60,119 bases of DNA from Octopus bimaculoides (Eukaryota), in assembly GCF_001194135.2 (NCBI RefSeq), contig NC_068985.1, forward strand, positions 34,805,996 through 34,866,114, read 5' to 3'. Each line of letters opens with the position of its first letter. Within the stretch, counting starts at the first letter, position 1. This document shows positions 9,234 through 22,119 of this stretch, piece after piece. Position numbers and translations under genes: made by a program. The notes under the pieces are model-generated. The model did no database searches and was not told the origin of the DNA. It saw nothing but the letters and a program-made list of their open reading frames with translations.

Positions 9234-11580
9234 TATCAGTCAGTGTGAAGAAGGCTAACAGGAGCTACTTTCATGTCATTGGTTTCTCAGTTATCGTCCT
9301 TCCCTACCCAATCACTTATCAACACGTATGTGGACAAGGGAGAGAGAAAAATCAAGTTAAACATTGCAGAACCAAACAACATTTTTACTAGCTTCTGAGG
9401 AGGTAAACAAACCAATGCCGATTGTCAAGTGGTAGTGGGGAACAAAAACAAACAGAAAATCATAACAACCAAGCACAAACCAAATTTAATTTTGGAAACT
9501 TACATTGATGCCTAAATAACATTATATGTAAATGACATATCAAAACTAATTTATCCTAGTGATAATTTTATCAAAGCTAACGAACCTTTTGTTTAGTGAG
9601 AAGGATGAAACTGCTATTTTTATTTTTATTGTTTTTGAAAGTTTAGGAATATCACATGTCTCTGAAGCAACTGCTATTCTTAGTTCATTACTCTGATTTT
9701 TGTAGGTCTGGTACATACACGATTTTTTGCATAATTCAATTTGAAAAAAAAAAAAAACTGCTCACATTTATAAGTTGTCAAAAATTGAGATGCAAATTTC
9801 AAAACATTTTTATGTAAAGCAAGGAATTTCTCAGGATTGAACGATTTGTAGAAGTCCAATAAAGACAGATAATTATATTTCGATTTTGTTAAGCAAATCA
9901 TTTCTAATTGTAAGGAATCTGGAACCTCCTCAGGACACATATCAAAAGGTGTTTCAAAAACACATAGTTTGATTTTATTATCTTGTATTTCTTCAAATTT
10001 CTTCAAAAGACTTACACACTCTTCAGTGTATTTCTCTGTTGATTCTGGATTTTGTTCACTCAATTTGGGAAAATGTGGTGAAAAAATTTCTTTTCAATTG
10101 TATGACAAATAAATGAAGCATCAATTCAAAACTTTTGATATGGGAAAGCAAACTGGTAATTAACCTTGTAGAAGATACTATAGTTTCAAGTTCAAATTAT
10201 TTAAATGACTAGTTATATCTACTAAAAGACTTTGAAACTTTTTATCTTCCAGTTCTGCAATAGGAACACCTTTAACATCAATAAAAATTTTCACTTTTTC
10301 CTTCAGTTCATAAAATCACTTAAGCATTTGGGGCCTTACTTAACCACCTAACTTCACTATGGTACAATAAATCCCCATATTTGGCTTCAAGATCTTTCAA
10401 AAATTCTTTAAATTCCCTATTATTCAACCCTTTGCTTTTTATCAAATTAATGGCCTTAGTTACAACTTTCATTACACCGCCCATCTTCAGAGATTTTGCA
10501 CTTAAACTTTTCATATGAATAAAGTAGTGACACAAAGACATTTCTTAAATCCATTCTTAATCAGAGCTCCAAACCCTTTTTCACAACCTACCATAGACGG
10601 AGCACTATTTTTCTCATATGGTAAATATTTCATTTTTTTCAAATGGTAAATCAAAATTCTTTAAGGCTGAGTCAACCATTTGAAATAAATCTTCACTTCT
10701 AGATGATTTCAAGGCAAGAAATTCTTCCCAAATGTTGAATTTTGTGGTTGTTCTACGTATAAGCATTGCTATCTAAGCAGTATTAAACAGATCAGTTGTA
10801 TCATCAATAGCTAATAAATACAATACGAATTCTGCTAAATCAGATTTTAGAGAATTTTGACTATCTTTAATGTGATCAGAAACAGTTTTTGATAAGTTAA
10901 TATTTCCAAACAAACTAAGTTTTTCTGAGAATATATTCTCAACAGCAGTAAGGGTACATTCTTTTGCAAATTCCTCATTACTATGTAATTTGAGTCTTTT
11001 AGCAATATTTTTGCATACTGCATAAGTAGCTCAAGTTACTGATTCACTTTCAAGAATTGGCTTTAAAAAAAGGCTTGTCTTTTGGTCAGATTTTCTTTCA
11101 AGGTAGCTATCTTGTCTAAACATTCAGATTCTATGTTTGTTGCAAATAAGACAAATACACTTGTTATCTATTTAAAAAAAAAAATGATAAAAAAGCTCAG
11201 TCCATTTTTCATCAAAGTATGTTCATCAGCACTTCTGTTTTTAGGATTTTCATAACCACTTGCCATACTGATAACAGTATTGAAAAATTGATTTAACAAA
11301 GTTAATGATGTTACAATCTGGTTAAATTTATATTATCACTTTTGGTGCCTTAGAAAAACAAAAGCAAACTGACTTGCATCATAATGAATGCATTTAGTGT
11401 AGTAAAAAATAAAAATCTGCAAAAAATTAAGATATTGATTAGATCTGCAAGGTTTAACTTGATTTTTCTCACTCCATTGTCCACATAGGTGTTGATAAAT
11501 GAGTGGGTAGGGAAGGACGATAAGTGATAAGCCAATGGCATGAAAGTAGCTCCTGTTGACCTTCTTGGCACTGACTGATA
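9234..11580 (-). mobile_element. hAT (Buster/Charlie/SPIN, GTF2IRD2-like) transposon remnant with 140-bp TIRs
   Basis: Minus-strand motifs LAIDDTTD, EFLAL, DLLYHSEVRWLS, FLTTYKCEQFF; 9234-9373 and the reverse complement of 11441-11580 align ungapped with 16 mismatches. Confidence 0.85.
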
Positions 11581-12414
11581 GCAAAAATGTGACACCCCTT
11601 ATTTTTCACTGCTTTTTCTGAAAAAAGTTAGTAATAATTTTTTATAATCCTGTTCACAAAGCACCAAATTAATAGTTTCTGTTTCAATGGAGCATTACGA
11701 AGTTGTCGTTGCTTTTTAATAGATTTTTAAATAGTTTTTGCCTATCAAGTGACAGAAAGAGGGTGAGTGTCGATTTTGGAGATTTTTTTTTTTTGTAAAA
11801 ACGTGAAAAATGAAATAGGGAGGGAAATTTTAAATACTTGGGGTTCTTGGATATGAGTAATCTTTACACAGTATCTTCAAATTTCACTTCATATAAAAAT
11901 TTCAATACATGCAATGTATTTTTAGTTTTCTCTACTAGAGTGTAGTTGGGTCTCATGTGGGGTGATACAAACCTAGTAGTATGTATTTTATAATGAAAAC
12001 AAAATTTCCACTCAAATTGGCAATTACTGGACGATATCTGTTTGAGTCTGACCATTTTAAGTTGTAGTGGTAATGCGACCTATGTCACAAATGGGCATAC
12101 AAGTATTGTATAAATTTTATAATTGAAAAATTTACTATATTTTGTATAAACAAGTATACCAGCCTGCAGGTGCAATAAGATGGGCTCGTTGGTGCAATTG
12201 TACCCATGGTAGGGGGTTTCCCAACTCCTGGCTTAGAGAATAGAATTTTGGGTGCTACTTCATTGAGAAACCATCTCCCCAAGCACTTATTTTGAAATGG
12301 TATATTAACTGAAATTACTCTTTGTTTCTTCTTGTCCATTCCAAATATATTTACTAGGCAATACTTTTCTTTTCCACAATACATGAATGAGAGGATGTAG
12401 GACATATACTATGT

Positions 12415-12700
12415 GCAGGTGTGGCTGTGTGGTAAGAAGCTTGCTTCCTATACACATAGTTCTGGGTTCAGTCTCACTGTGTAGTACCTTGAGTAAGTGC
12501 CTTCTTCTATAGCCTTGGGCTAACTAAAGCCTTGTGAATAGATTTGGTAGACAAAAACTGAAAGAAGCCCATTGTATGTATGTGTGTGTGTGTCTGTGTT
12601 TGTTCCTCCCCCACACACATACTGCTTGACAACTGTTGTTAGTGTGTTTACGGTCCAATAACTTAGTGGTTAGGCAAAAGAGACCCGATAGAATAAGCAC
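12415..12700 (+). mobile_element. tRNA-derived SINE (octopus-type)
   Basis: gtggctgtgtggtaagaagcttgcttcc...ctgggttcagtc...actgaaagaagcc head, repeated many times in the window. Confidence 0.75.
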
Positions 12701-12769
12701 CAGATTTTTAAAAAATCAATGAAGAGAGAAGGTCAGTAGGAGTGAAGAGAGGAAGTAGGTGTCAGTTGA

Positions 12770-13200
12770 AGAGAGGAGGTGAGTTGAGCCCATATGGCGC
12801 AAAGGAGTGAAGAGAGAAGATTAATTCCTGTTCACGGCGAAGGCAGGAGTCTAGATGACCCCTGTGCAAAGACAATCTGAATGCAGACAGGTATTGTAGT
12901 GAATGACCAGTAGAGTGTAAACGGTGCAAGACCAGGGTGTCATTGCCAAGTCTGATGTCTCGGAGATGCTCCATGAACCAGTCAGCCAAGTGGTGTCCCA
13001 TTTGACTGATATACAGAGAAGGGCAGAAAGAGCAGGAGATGCTGCAAGTGATGTTGCTAGAAGTGCAGGTAAAGGAGTCGGTGATATGATAGGGACGATG
13101 ATGGGTCGCTGTAAGGATGGTGGTGCTAGAGAGGCAGGGGCAAGTGCAGCAGTGTGGGTGGGAGCAGGGGAATGAGCCAGATTGGGAGGTGGGATTAGAG
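12770..13200 (-). mobile_element. Penelope-like (Poseidon-type) GIY-YIG endonuclease fragment
   Basis: ORF 12762-13217: FTCTSSNITCSISCSFCPSLYISQMGHHLADWFMEHLRDIR...EQELIFSL..P.GLN. Confidence 0.8.
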
Positions 13201-15450
13201 AAGAAACTGTAGACCAATATGAGTCGTATTTATCTGACAGCCCTACTCTTTAAAGAAAAGAGTCTACATCCCTCAACAGACAAATGATTAAATAGAAGCA
13301 TGCTCCACCATAGCCAATACTAAACTTAGACAGATTTTAGAACAATACACTAGAAGACAGAGTGATAGAGAGGCATAGAAACTTGACAAGAAATCTGCAA
13401 GTGATTTGCACAAGCTCATACAGCACAACAAAAATAGGAAAGTCATGTGCTTCTCCATGGACAAGTCCAGCAGAAAGACAACCTGCTGAACTACATCCAG
13501 GCAATGCAACCCTACATCACCAATATGAGGGAAACAATGGTACAGGAATATGAGGAGAGAGAGAAGATCCTCAATGTTCATATGATAATATCAAATATCC
13601 TAGGGACTGAAAAGCACACAGCTAACAACCTCCAGGCCACTAATAATGACATCCTACAAGGACCATAATGTAACAGCTGATTCAGTGACAGGACCACCAA
13701 TGAGACTGATCTGTGGAGCCAATTTTGCCAACAACTACTGGATCTCCTACTTCCTCTCTACGATCATACGTCCTCTGATCAAAATGGCCTTGTATGTGTG
13801 TGACAGCAAAGAGAGTCTCTTCAGCAGGATCAATGAAAGCAACCATTCTTACAACTTGAGGGATGCATAAGAGGCAATATGGACGAAGTATCCTTATACC
13901 AATCTATTGATTTTGACTTTGCTGTGGATAAATGTGTGAAGGTGATCAAGGAGAGTGACATGGAGTTTTGTGGTGTTCACAAGGAACTGGGCCTCCTCCT
14001 GAGACTGACATGTGACAATGATTACTTAGATGAACATGACCTTAATTGTTTCTGACCCACTAGATCAGTAAAAGGTTGACCCACTACTATAACTTCTATG
14101 GCCAAGAAAACCCAGAGAGAGAGAGAGGTGGAACAGATGGATCAAAGCTACACAGACCCCTAAAAACGCTGATCAGGTTAAAAAGATGTTCGCACATGTA
14201 GTGGATGCAAGTACCAAAATCGCACTCAAGTTTAATGATGAGATATGCACCCAAGAGGAAGCTGCAGCCATTAATGTCAGTATCGCTGGTGATGTGGCTT
14301 ATCTATATATGGTATGATGGGATATGAAACTCAAAGAGAAATTAGCAGAGAACTCCATAACACAAACTATGTACTCCCGCTATGTGAATGATATCAACAT
14401 AGTAGCCAAAGCTACTATGATGATGATCTAGAAGCTAACACTATATAGAGCATCCAGTAAATAGCTAACTCTATCCACCAGAGTATTAAAGTAATGATAG
14501 ACTGCCCAAACAAGCACCCAAACTGTAGGCTACCAGTTTTAGACATGGAACTCTTGCAGGAAACTAAGAACAGTATGGTCGAGATTCTTCATTCCCATTA
14601 TGCCAAATCCATGGCCTCTAATTGCTTGGTCCACAAAAACACAACTATTGCGGATAACTCCAAGTGCAATATATTTATAGCAGACTTCATGAGAGTGAGG
14701 AGCAATGTGTCTCGCATGTGCAACTGTATGGAATTGGAAAGATACAGACAATACTTCACCCAAAGAATTAGAGTGTACAAAGGAGCCAGAACTATATGAA
14801 GCCATCATAGAGAGTTATGCAAAAGGGTATACAGGAGTAAATACTGGAAAAGCACAGAAAGGACCAGAAAGAAAGTTACATAAGGTCAACTTATGATATG
14901 ACAACAAAAAATACCAGAGTATTATGTTCATTGATGCTACCTCTGGCAGTCAACTAGCATACTCTTTTAGAAAAACATTAGATAAGGCTAAAGTTGTTAG
15001 CTGTGCACTTTTGCCCTGGGATGAACACACAGGTTAACTGTAAGGTTAGGAATATAGTGTATAGCTTATGATGTACTGAGTGGTGGTGCAGAAACATGAC
15101 ACCTATTTACATAGGAGATACAGCATGCAGCATGGGGGAGCATATAGGTAAACACTGGTGGGAGCTCAAAGAAGAGAAAGGTTTGTCAATTCTCTACCAA
15201 CATGCTCAAGCAGAACATAACGGCTTGCTTAATAGCATAGGGGTTGCGGTATTATCAACACATAGAACTGACATGGTACAGATCACAGAGGCTAGAAACA
15301 TAGCAATAGACTGATCGTGTCTCAATAGAAAACATGAATGGAACAATAACACCTGCCACCACACCACACATCCTGACAGCTAAAGACAGAAGGAAGAAAA
15401 AAACAGATACAAACAGTGTAATACATACACAGTAAAGAAATATCCACATA
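13200..15450 (+). mobile_element. Penelope-like element, second family: decayed RT plus GIY-YIG
   Basis: YSRYVNDINI (YVDD-like), LPVLDM..ILHSHYAKSMAS, IYIGDTACSMGEH...QITEA motifs with many stops and frameshifts. Confidence 0.8.
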
Positions 15451-15979
15451 TGTAGCATAGGTATAAGAAATAGAGCTAGATTAAAAAAAATATATAAGGG
15501 GCATGGATATAAACAACATTGGAAATGAGCCCATATACATACACCGAGACAGAGAGACAGAGGAATAGTACCAAAAATCAGTGTCGTGAGCAGCAGCAGC
15601 AGGAGAGGGGATGAGGTTGAGGGAAGGGTCATAGTGGTATTAAGAACACTGACACACATGCACATGTACACACACACAAATATAGATGCAAATGCATGCA
15701 CATATAAGGATATACATCATAGAAGAACGGAATGGACTAAGTGGTGCAAGAGCATGCATGGAAACGGAAAGTGTTGTTGATGAGATTACAGATTTGTGAT
15801 GAAAGATTTTAGCAATAAATGAGTGAAGAACAAATATATGGTGCAGGTTTTTATTTGGGAAAAGCAAAAAAAAAGTGATCTTCCCAAAGTACAACAATAT
15901 TTGTTTCAACACATGGTTTCACATTGGGAATCTTGCAACACAAATTCTCAAACATGTGTATATATATATATATATACAC

Positions 15980-16140
15980 GATGGTCTTCTTTCAGTTTCC
16001 ATTTACCAAATGCATTCTGAAGACTTTGGTCAGCCCGAGGCTATAGTAGAAGACACTTGCCCAAGGTCCTATGCTGTGGGACTGAACCCAGGACCATGTG
16101 GTTGGGAAGCAAGCTTCTTACCACATAGTCACACCTGTGC
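15980..16140 (-). mobile_element. tRNA-derived SINE head
   Basis: Reverse complement of the 12415-type head. Confidence 0.75.
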
Positions 16141-16306
16141 CTATTGCATCTTTTTCCTATTAATGTATGTGTGTGTATGTGCATGAGTGAATGTGTTTGA
16201 GTCTATTTCATTAGCATTTATTCTGGTAGTATCAACACACTACTAAAATATTTTAGATATTATCTATAACTATGTTACATATTTTTCTTTTTTTAATTTC
16301 TTAAAG

Positions 16307-16348
16307 ACTTGGATGATGTTTATGTTAATGTTTCAAAGAAACCTGATG
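16307..16348 (+). CDS. Gene 1 micro-exon B4 (42 nt, phase 1-1): (D)LDDVYVNVSKKPD
   Basis: tttcttaaag|...|gtaagt; upstream 16150-16306 is homologous to the introns before B1-B3. Confidence 0.8.
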
Positions 16349-17306
16349 GTAAGTATATAGAAAATCCATTACTAAAATTATATTCATTTCCCAGCCTGGG
16401 TCTGGAATCAGTCCTGGTAAAGTTAGCAAAACTTTTGGAAGCTCTATTTATACAAATAAAGAAAATACTGATTAAACTAGTTTTGAGATCACTAGACATG
16501 AAACACAATGTATAGAACAGTGTTGCAATGGTGAATCTTTCACACCTTGATCAGCTACTGTTTTGCATACCCATAACCAGTCCTGCTCATGGACATCACT
16601 GAAATGAAGGTAATATTGAGAGTCAGAATGGCTTCCTTAATGCTATCATGTTTAAATATCACTATAATATCATATTTGAGTAACAGAAATAGTAGAGTAC
16701 TATATGCAATACTTGGAGATATTAAATTTAATCCTATAGCATTCTTTGCTCAAATACCACTGATGTCAGTTTTATCTTTCATCTTCTTCTGATCTATACA
16801 ATATTTATCAATGGTCTACTAGATTGATTTTGTCTACTAATTTTTGCCCACTGAGAAAAATCATTATTTTTAATGTTGTTTATATAATTTCACATTTTGT
16901 TTTTGTTTTCGTTGGGCTTTGTAGTATATTGTATATATGAAATACTCTATATTTTATATTTAGCCACTATGTTCTACACTTCTACACACTGAAGATAGCA
17001 ATCTACTGGAATTTACGAAAACAAGAAAGAAATTAAGTAAATCCATAAATCTATTTTACTTCAATTTTTTGATATTGGTTATATCAAGATATAATCTTAA
17101 AGCATATTTATTTTGGCATGAATTTCTTACTGTTCTTTTATGTTTTGTTATCTTGAAAGTAGATAGTGTCAGAATAGTTGAGATATGATTAATTTGTCCT
17201 TTCATATTGTAAATATTGTTATTCTTGAATTTCATATTGCATTTGAAATCAAACTGTTTTATTGATTTTTCTTCTTTCATAATATTTCGTTAGTGAAGAT
17301 GTCATG

Positions 17307-18174
17307 TATGAGGTGGTATTGAAAAGTTTCAGGACTAGTTATGTTTAATAAAAAATAACTTATTTACTTGAGTTTTAACATTAACTCCTTCAAAATAGTT
17401 ACCTTGTGCAGCAATACATTGGTCCCAGCATGCTTGCCACTTTTTCAAACCAGCCTAGATGTCATCTTCTGTAAGTGAGATGAGGACCTTCTGTGATTTG
17501 CTCTGGGTCTGAACAACGTTGTAAAAACGTCAACCTTTGAACTATATTTTCATCTTGGGGGAAGAGATGGAATTCTGCAGGTGCTAAATCTGGGAAATAG
17601 GGCTGGTGCAGAAGCAATAACATGTTTTCAGTGAGAAACCCAAGAGTGAGGAGAGCTCAGTGACAGGATGCATTTTTGTTGTGAAGAATCCAATACTTTG
17701 TGCTCTACAGATCTGATCGCTTTCACTGAATGTCCTCCCTCAAATGCTTCAAAATGTTTGAATGGTCTGGCCCAGGTGGAGGAATTCTTGATACACAATA
17801 CCACATTTCTGGGGTGACACTTGTGGCAGGTTTTCCAGATTGCTTATCGTCTTCCAGGGACGTTCTTCAGCTCTTGAAGCACCCATGCCACTCAAAACAC
17901 TGCGTCTGATCCATTGCCTCATCACTGTAAGCTTGCCAAAACATGCTTAATGTCTCTGTAGCAGACTTCCCAAGTTTAACACAAAATTTCACATTAGCTC
18001 TTTGTTCCTATCTATGACAAAATCACAGACTACAACATACACATGATCATAAAAATACAACTTTCACAACTTGCAAAGTAAATATAATGATGTCACTCAG
18101 CACAATGCCTCATGGTGTATGTAACGGTGTGTTGCCATCTGTTGGCAGCAGGAACGTTTTGATACCACCTCATA
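17307..18174 (-). mobile_element. Mariner internal-deletion derivative
   Basis: Terminal TATGAGGTGGTATTGAAAAG / TTTTGATACCACCTCATA inverted repeats; same family as 28146-28995. Confidence 0.85.
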
Positions 18175-18504
18175 TTTATACATTTATTTCATTGGACTAT
18201 ATATATAGTAAATAAAATTGATAGTTTTTAAAAAATTTTTTCTTAGTTATGATGATACATGTACAAGATTTGTGCATTATCATTTTATCCATATTCATAG
18301 ATTTCTAGGAATACTTATGGAATTAGAGGAATTAGATTTATTCTGTTCTCATCATTTTATGTAACTAAATTTATCTTTAAGTAATGAGAATTTTTCATTC
18401 ATTATATAGTTCTATTTTTCTCACTTCAAAATATCTTTAGGTTGAATAACATTTAGATGTTTAAGCTTTTATTCATTTGCTTAAATTCTTAAAGTTTCTT
18501 GATA

Positions 18505-19300
18505 TCAGTTACCATAAAACCCATGCAATTTATGCACTTTTTTCCGCAAAATAAACTTTAGTGGGTGCATAAATTACATGAGTAGATCATTTCCAGAAAT
18601 TGTTTTAGAAATTTTTTTTGTTGAAAAATGACATACAAATGTAAACATTCGTACTGGAAGTTGACTCATTTAATGTCAGAATAGGTTTTTATAGAAAAAA
18701 TAGAATGAAGTTGACTTTTATTTATGCTGGATGGGTATAATGCTTACTTTTTCTGTATAAATTTACTAAAACCATTAAATGGTTAAATACTTTTTGGAGT
18801 TTGACATTCATGCTGGTAATCACAGTCCAGGCCATATTTTACATTGCTTGGAGTTTCTACCTATTGCAATGGAGCTCAACAATTTCCTTAAATAGATCAG
18901 TTTTTCTCTGCTTAAGAAGTCCAGCTTGCATTTGCCTCCAGCAAGCTATTGTTAGCTTTCTCTGCATTAGGACAATGAAATTCATCACCGCTGACATCAT
19001 CACAACCGGTGCTTACTACATCTAATGCTGATGACAACATCATAATTCATCCTTGCGCATGTAAACTCACTAAGTGAATATGACTTAGCGTTCCTACAGA
19101 ACCCTTCATTTACCTTATACGATGTTTAATGTTGTTTCACATTCATGTAGAATTATGCAGCAATCTTATGTTCTCTTCATAAAACACTTGTAGTGTATAT
19201 ATTACCAGTTCTTTTGGTATAGTAGATTTTTGCTATTCTTGTTGACGTATCCTCACAGATGTGTATATTCTAACAAGTTGCTTCTTAAATTTCGCATCTC
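18505..19300 (-). mobile_element. Possible pogo/Tigger-like remnant
   Basis: Short inverted pair acccatgcaatttatgcac / gtgcataaattacatgagt resembling pogo-type ends; coding similarity weak. Confidence 0.3.
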
Positions 19301-19489
19301 TCTTGTTCAATAAACACTGAGTTAAACTTGCAAAGCTGTTTATCTTCTCTTTTCAATTTTTAATGTTTATTTTAGCAGTTACCAAACTATCAGTTTGGTC
19401 TCCTGGCTAAAATAATAATGACAAATTTTAAAGTTTGCTTGACATTTTATAAGTGTGAAAATTATTAAAGTTTCGATACTTTTGATACT

Positions 19490-19800
19490 TTTGACCAAAA
19501 CCTTGTGAGTGGGTCTAGTGGATAAAAACTGAAAGAAGCCTGTTGTTTACATGTATGTATGTATGTGTATGTGTGTGTGTGGGGGGGGGGCGTGTAAGTC
19601 TTTGTATCTAAGTCTGTCTCCCCATCACTGATTGACAATTGGTGTTGATATGTTTGCATCCCTGTAACTTGGCAGTTTGGCAAAAGATAATGATAGAATA
19701 AATATGAGACTTAAAAAAAAATAAGTACTGGGATCAATTCATTTGACTAAAAAGAATTCAAGGTGTTGCCCCAGCATGGCTGCAATCTAATGACTGAAAC
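19490..19800 (+). mobile_element. SINE body and tail
   Basis: ccttgtgagtgg...actgaaagaagcc...(TG)n...ataagtactggg, shared with other copies. Confidence 0.7.
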
Positions 19801-20149
19801 ATGTGAAAGATAAAACAATTTTTATTTCCCATATTATCTTGTTCATCCTCATATAGCATCTTCAGTTGGTCATAAAATATGGATCACTTCTTTTAGAGTA
19901 GCAATGGTGGATAAGTACACCATGCTGCACAGTTTAATGTCATCATCCTTCCATTAGGTGTCTTAAGTGGAGTTCGTGCTATTGTAAGCTTTTCAACCAG
20001 ATCTTTGTTCTAGCAATTTCTCTGACCTTTCCACACTCCATCACCCTTTACATTTCCTTCAACGCCAAAAATTAGATCAAAATCCCTTGATCAATCCTCC
20101 CTCCTCTTTTCAAGCATCCAAAGTTTTCTCTCTAACCTAGATTCTGCAT

Positions 20150-21250
20150 ATCACCTCTTATACATATCTTATTTATCACTATGATGTAAATTTTTCAACA
20201 CCTATCTATTACCCAAGTCCACTGTCCAGGTTACACTCTCTTCTCAAATTTCATTCCAATAAATAGTAGTGTTAGTACATATATAGATGCTACTCACCTA
20301 ATGTTTCACCTCGTTCATTTACATTTCCTCAATAATGACATCCAACTTTTCAAGCTCAAAGTTTTCTTCCACCATTCCTACATATGACTGTTCCCCTATC
20401 ATACACTGAACTCTTTAAAACATCAGTAATTCTTTGATCATAGCTTTTCCTGAACTGTGAACATATATTTTACATCTCTCCTCTCAAGTCATCATCCTTG
20501 ATGACTTCAACGTTCTCAGATTCTGCAGTAGTCAATTTAGCTTTTCATCCTTTCAGGATTGATAAACAAAGCACCAATCCAGACTGGGAGATTAGCAGAA
20601 CTATAAAAAGGTTGAACCTGGTGCCTGGTACTGTTTGTTTTTGCTAACCACCACCTGCAATTTTGGGTGCTTTTAGTTGAGTCTGCTCTGTTACTGGCAT
20701 TCTCTGTTTTGAGGATATATTCCTTCTTCCCACAATTCTCAAGAAGCTCTGTAAATGGTCATGGGTACTGCCTTTCATTCTCAGCTTGTTCTTGTATTCA
20801 CCAAATTCTTTAATATCAAACTCTCTGTTGAATATACCATGACATTTAGAAATTTAGCTCAGTATATCTATTCAAAGAAAAGATAACACCTCTGACGAAG
20901 CCAACTACTGTCTTACTGCATTCAGCTCCAACATATTTGAAGTAATGGAAACAGTCATTAACAATGATGTTTTTAAAAAAACTAGAATCGCTCTTACTCC
21001 TCAATAACCAGCACCGCAGCTTCACAGAACCAGGTCCACAGGTAACAACTTTTTTACATCACTCATCAGTTGGTGACCCTTTCACTAAACTTATATAAAA
21101 CGATGAGTGACTCTTTTACATCACTCATCACTTTAGAGACGTTTGATGAAAGTATTGTTGTCATAGACATCAGCAAAGCCTTTGACCATGTCTGGTACAC
21201 AAATCTCTAATTGAAATCGTTTTTCATCTCTTAGATCAGTAGCTTCCTAC
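20150..21250 (+). mobile_element. CR1/Jockey-group LINE remnant (endonuclease and RT fragments)
   Basis: IILDDFNV (GDFN-like), LTAFSSNIFEVMETVINN, VIDISKAFDHVW. Confidence 0.7.
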
Positions 21251-21254
21251 CTGA

Positions 21255-22110
21255 TCACAGGGAGTCTTTGAGGATCCTTTCACACTCAGCTATACAAAGT
21301 TTGTAGCATCTGCTCCTGTAAATATAGGAACCCGACTGCTCTATGATCCTCCACTTGATAGTGTATTGGGTTCCTTTATTTTCGAGGTGCCACATGTGGC
21401 TCTCCAGAGATGTGACATATTGTCTTCCCAGAATCCTGAAAGGGGACCTGTGGTTGTAGAGGTGCCACTGGAAGGCAGTCCTGACTTGGGAGTTGGTTGT
21501 GTTCACATTTCTGGCACGTCTGGGATTGGAGATGTTGTTGTTGCCACTGATGTTACTGGAGCTGCTATCAGCACTATTATTATAAGACAGTATCGCTGCA
21601 GCGGTTGATGTTGTAGTGGTATCCCTGGCCATAATGTTGCTGCCAATTTTGCTGATGGTGATGGTAATACTGGGTGTGAGGCCAGTAGCCATGTTGGTGC
21701 TGCTGGTGTTGGCATGGTCGTCAACTCTGGCCATAGTGATGGTGCTAGGTCTGTTGGTATCAGTGCTGGTGTTTCTCTCACTGTCGCTACTAATGTTGGA
21801 TGATCAGTTGCTGCAATTACTGTGGTCACTAAGCATCACCAGAGCTTCATAAATGACTCTCTCAGCCATGTATTGCCCCACTACCTCTCGGACAGTCATT
21901 GTAATCATTGCAAGAGCAGTCATCTTCCTCCCACATTTTATGGATGATGCTAGTATACTTTTCACGCAGACACACAGGTGTCTGCGTGAAGTGTTTGTCT
22001 ACTAACCTGAGGAATATTCTTCTCACACAAGTCTTCATTTTGTATGAGAAGGATGGGACAAACCAAACGATGCTCCAGTAGTGCTTCTTTTGTGGGTGCT
22101 AGGGCCCGGT
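21255..22110 (-). mobile_element. Penelope-like element (same family as 3590-5110): RT tail and GIY-YIG interrupted by a low-complexity linker
   Basis: CSCNDYNDCP..GQ..ERVIYEALV, then an S/T/N-rich stretch, then HLYNHRS..TSLESHMWHL..YTIKWRIIE..CYKLC. Confidence 0.85.
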
Positions 22111-22119
22111 ATAGATAGC

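Noticed and set aside
16580-16608. 29-nt phase 1-0 candidate exon (VLLMDITEMK)
   Set aside because: Phases fit, but the acceptor has a weak pyrimidine tract and there is no homology; kept only as a candidate in the ITIM finding.
16923-17040. Possible exons with Tyr motifs (AIYWNL, CIYEIL) after acceptors at ~16923 and ~16962
   Set aside because: The motif-bearing frames need phases that do not match B4, or they hit stops; no paralogous support.
21255-21852. Mucin-like or TM-like ORFs (also 3787-4008)
   Set aside because: Frames and antisense of the Penelope low-complexity linker, not a host gene.
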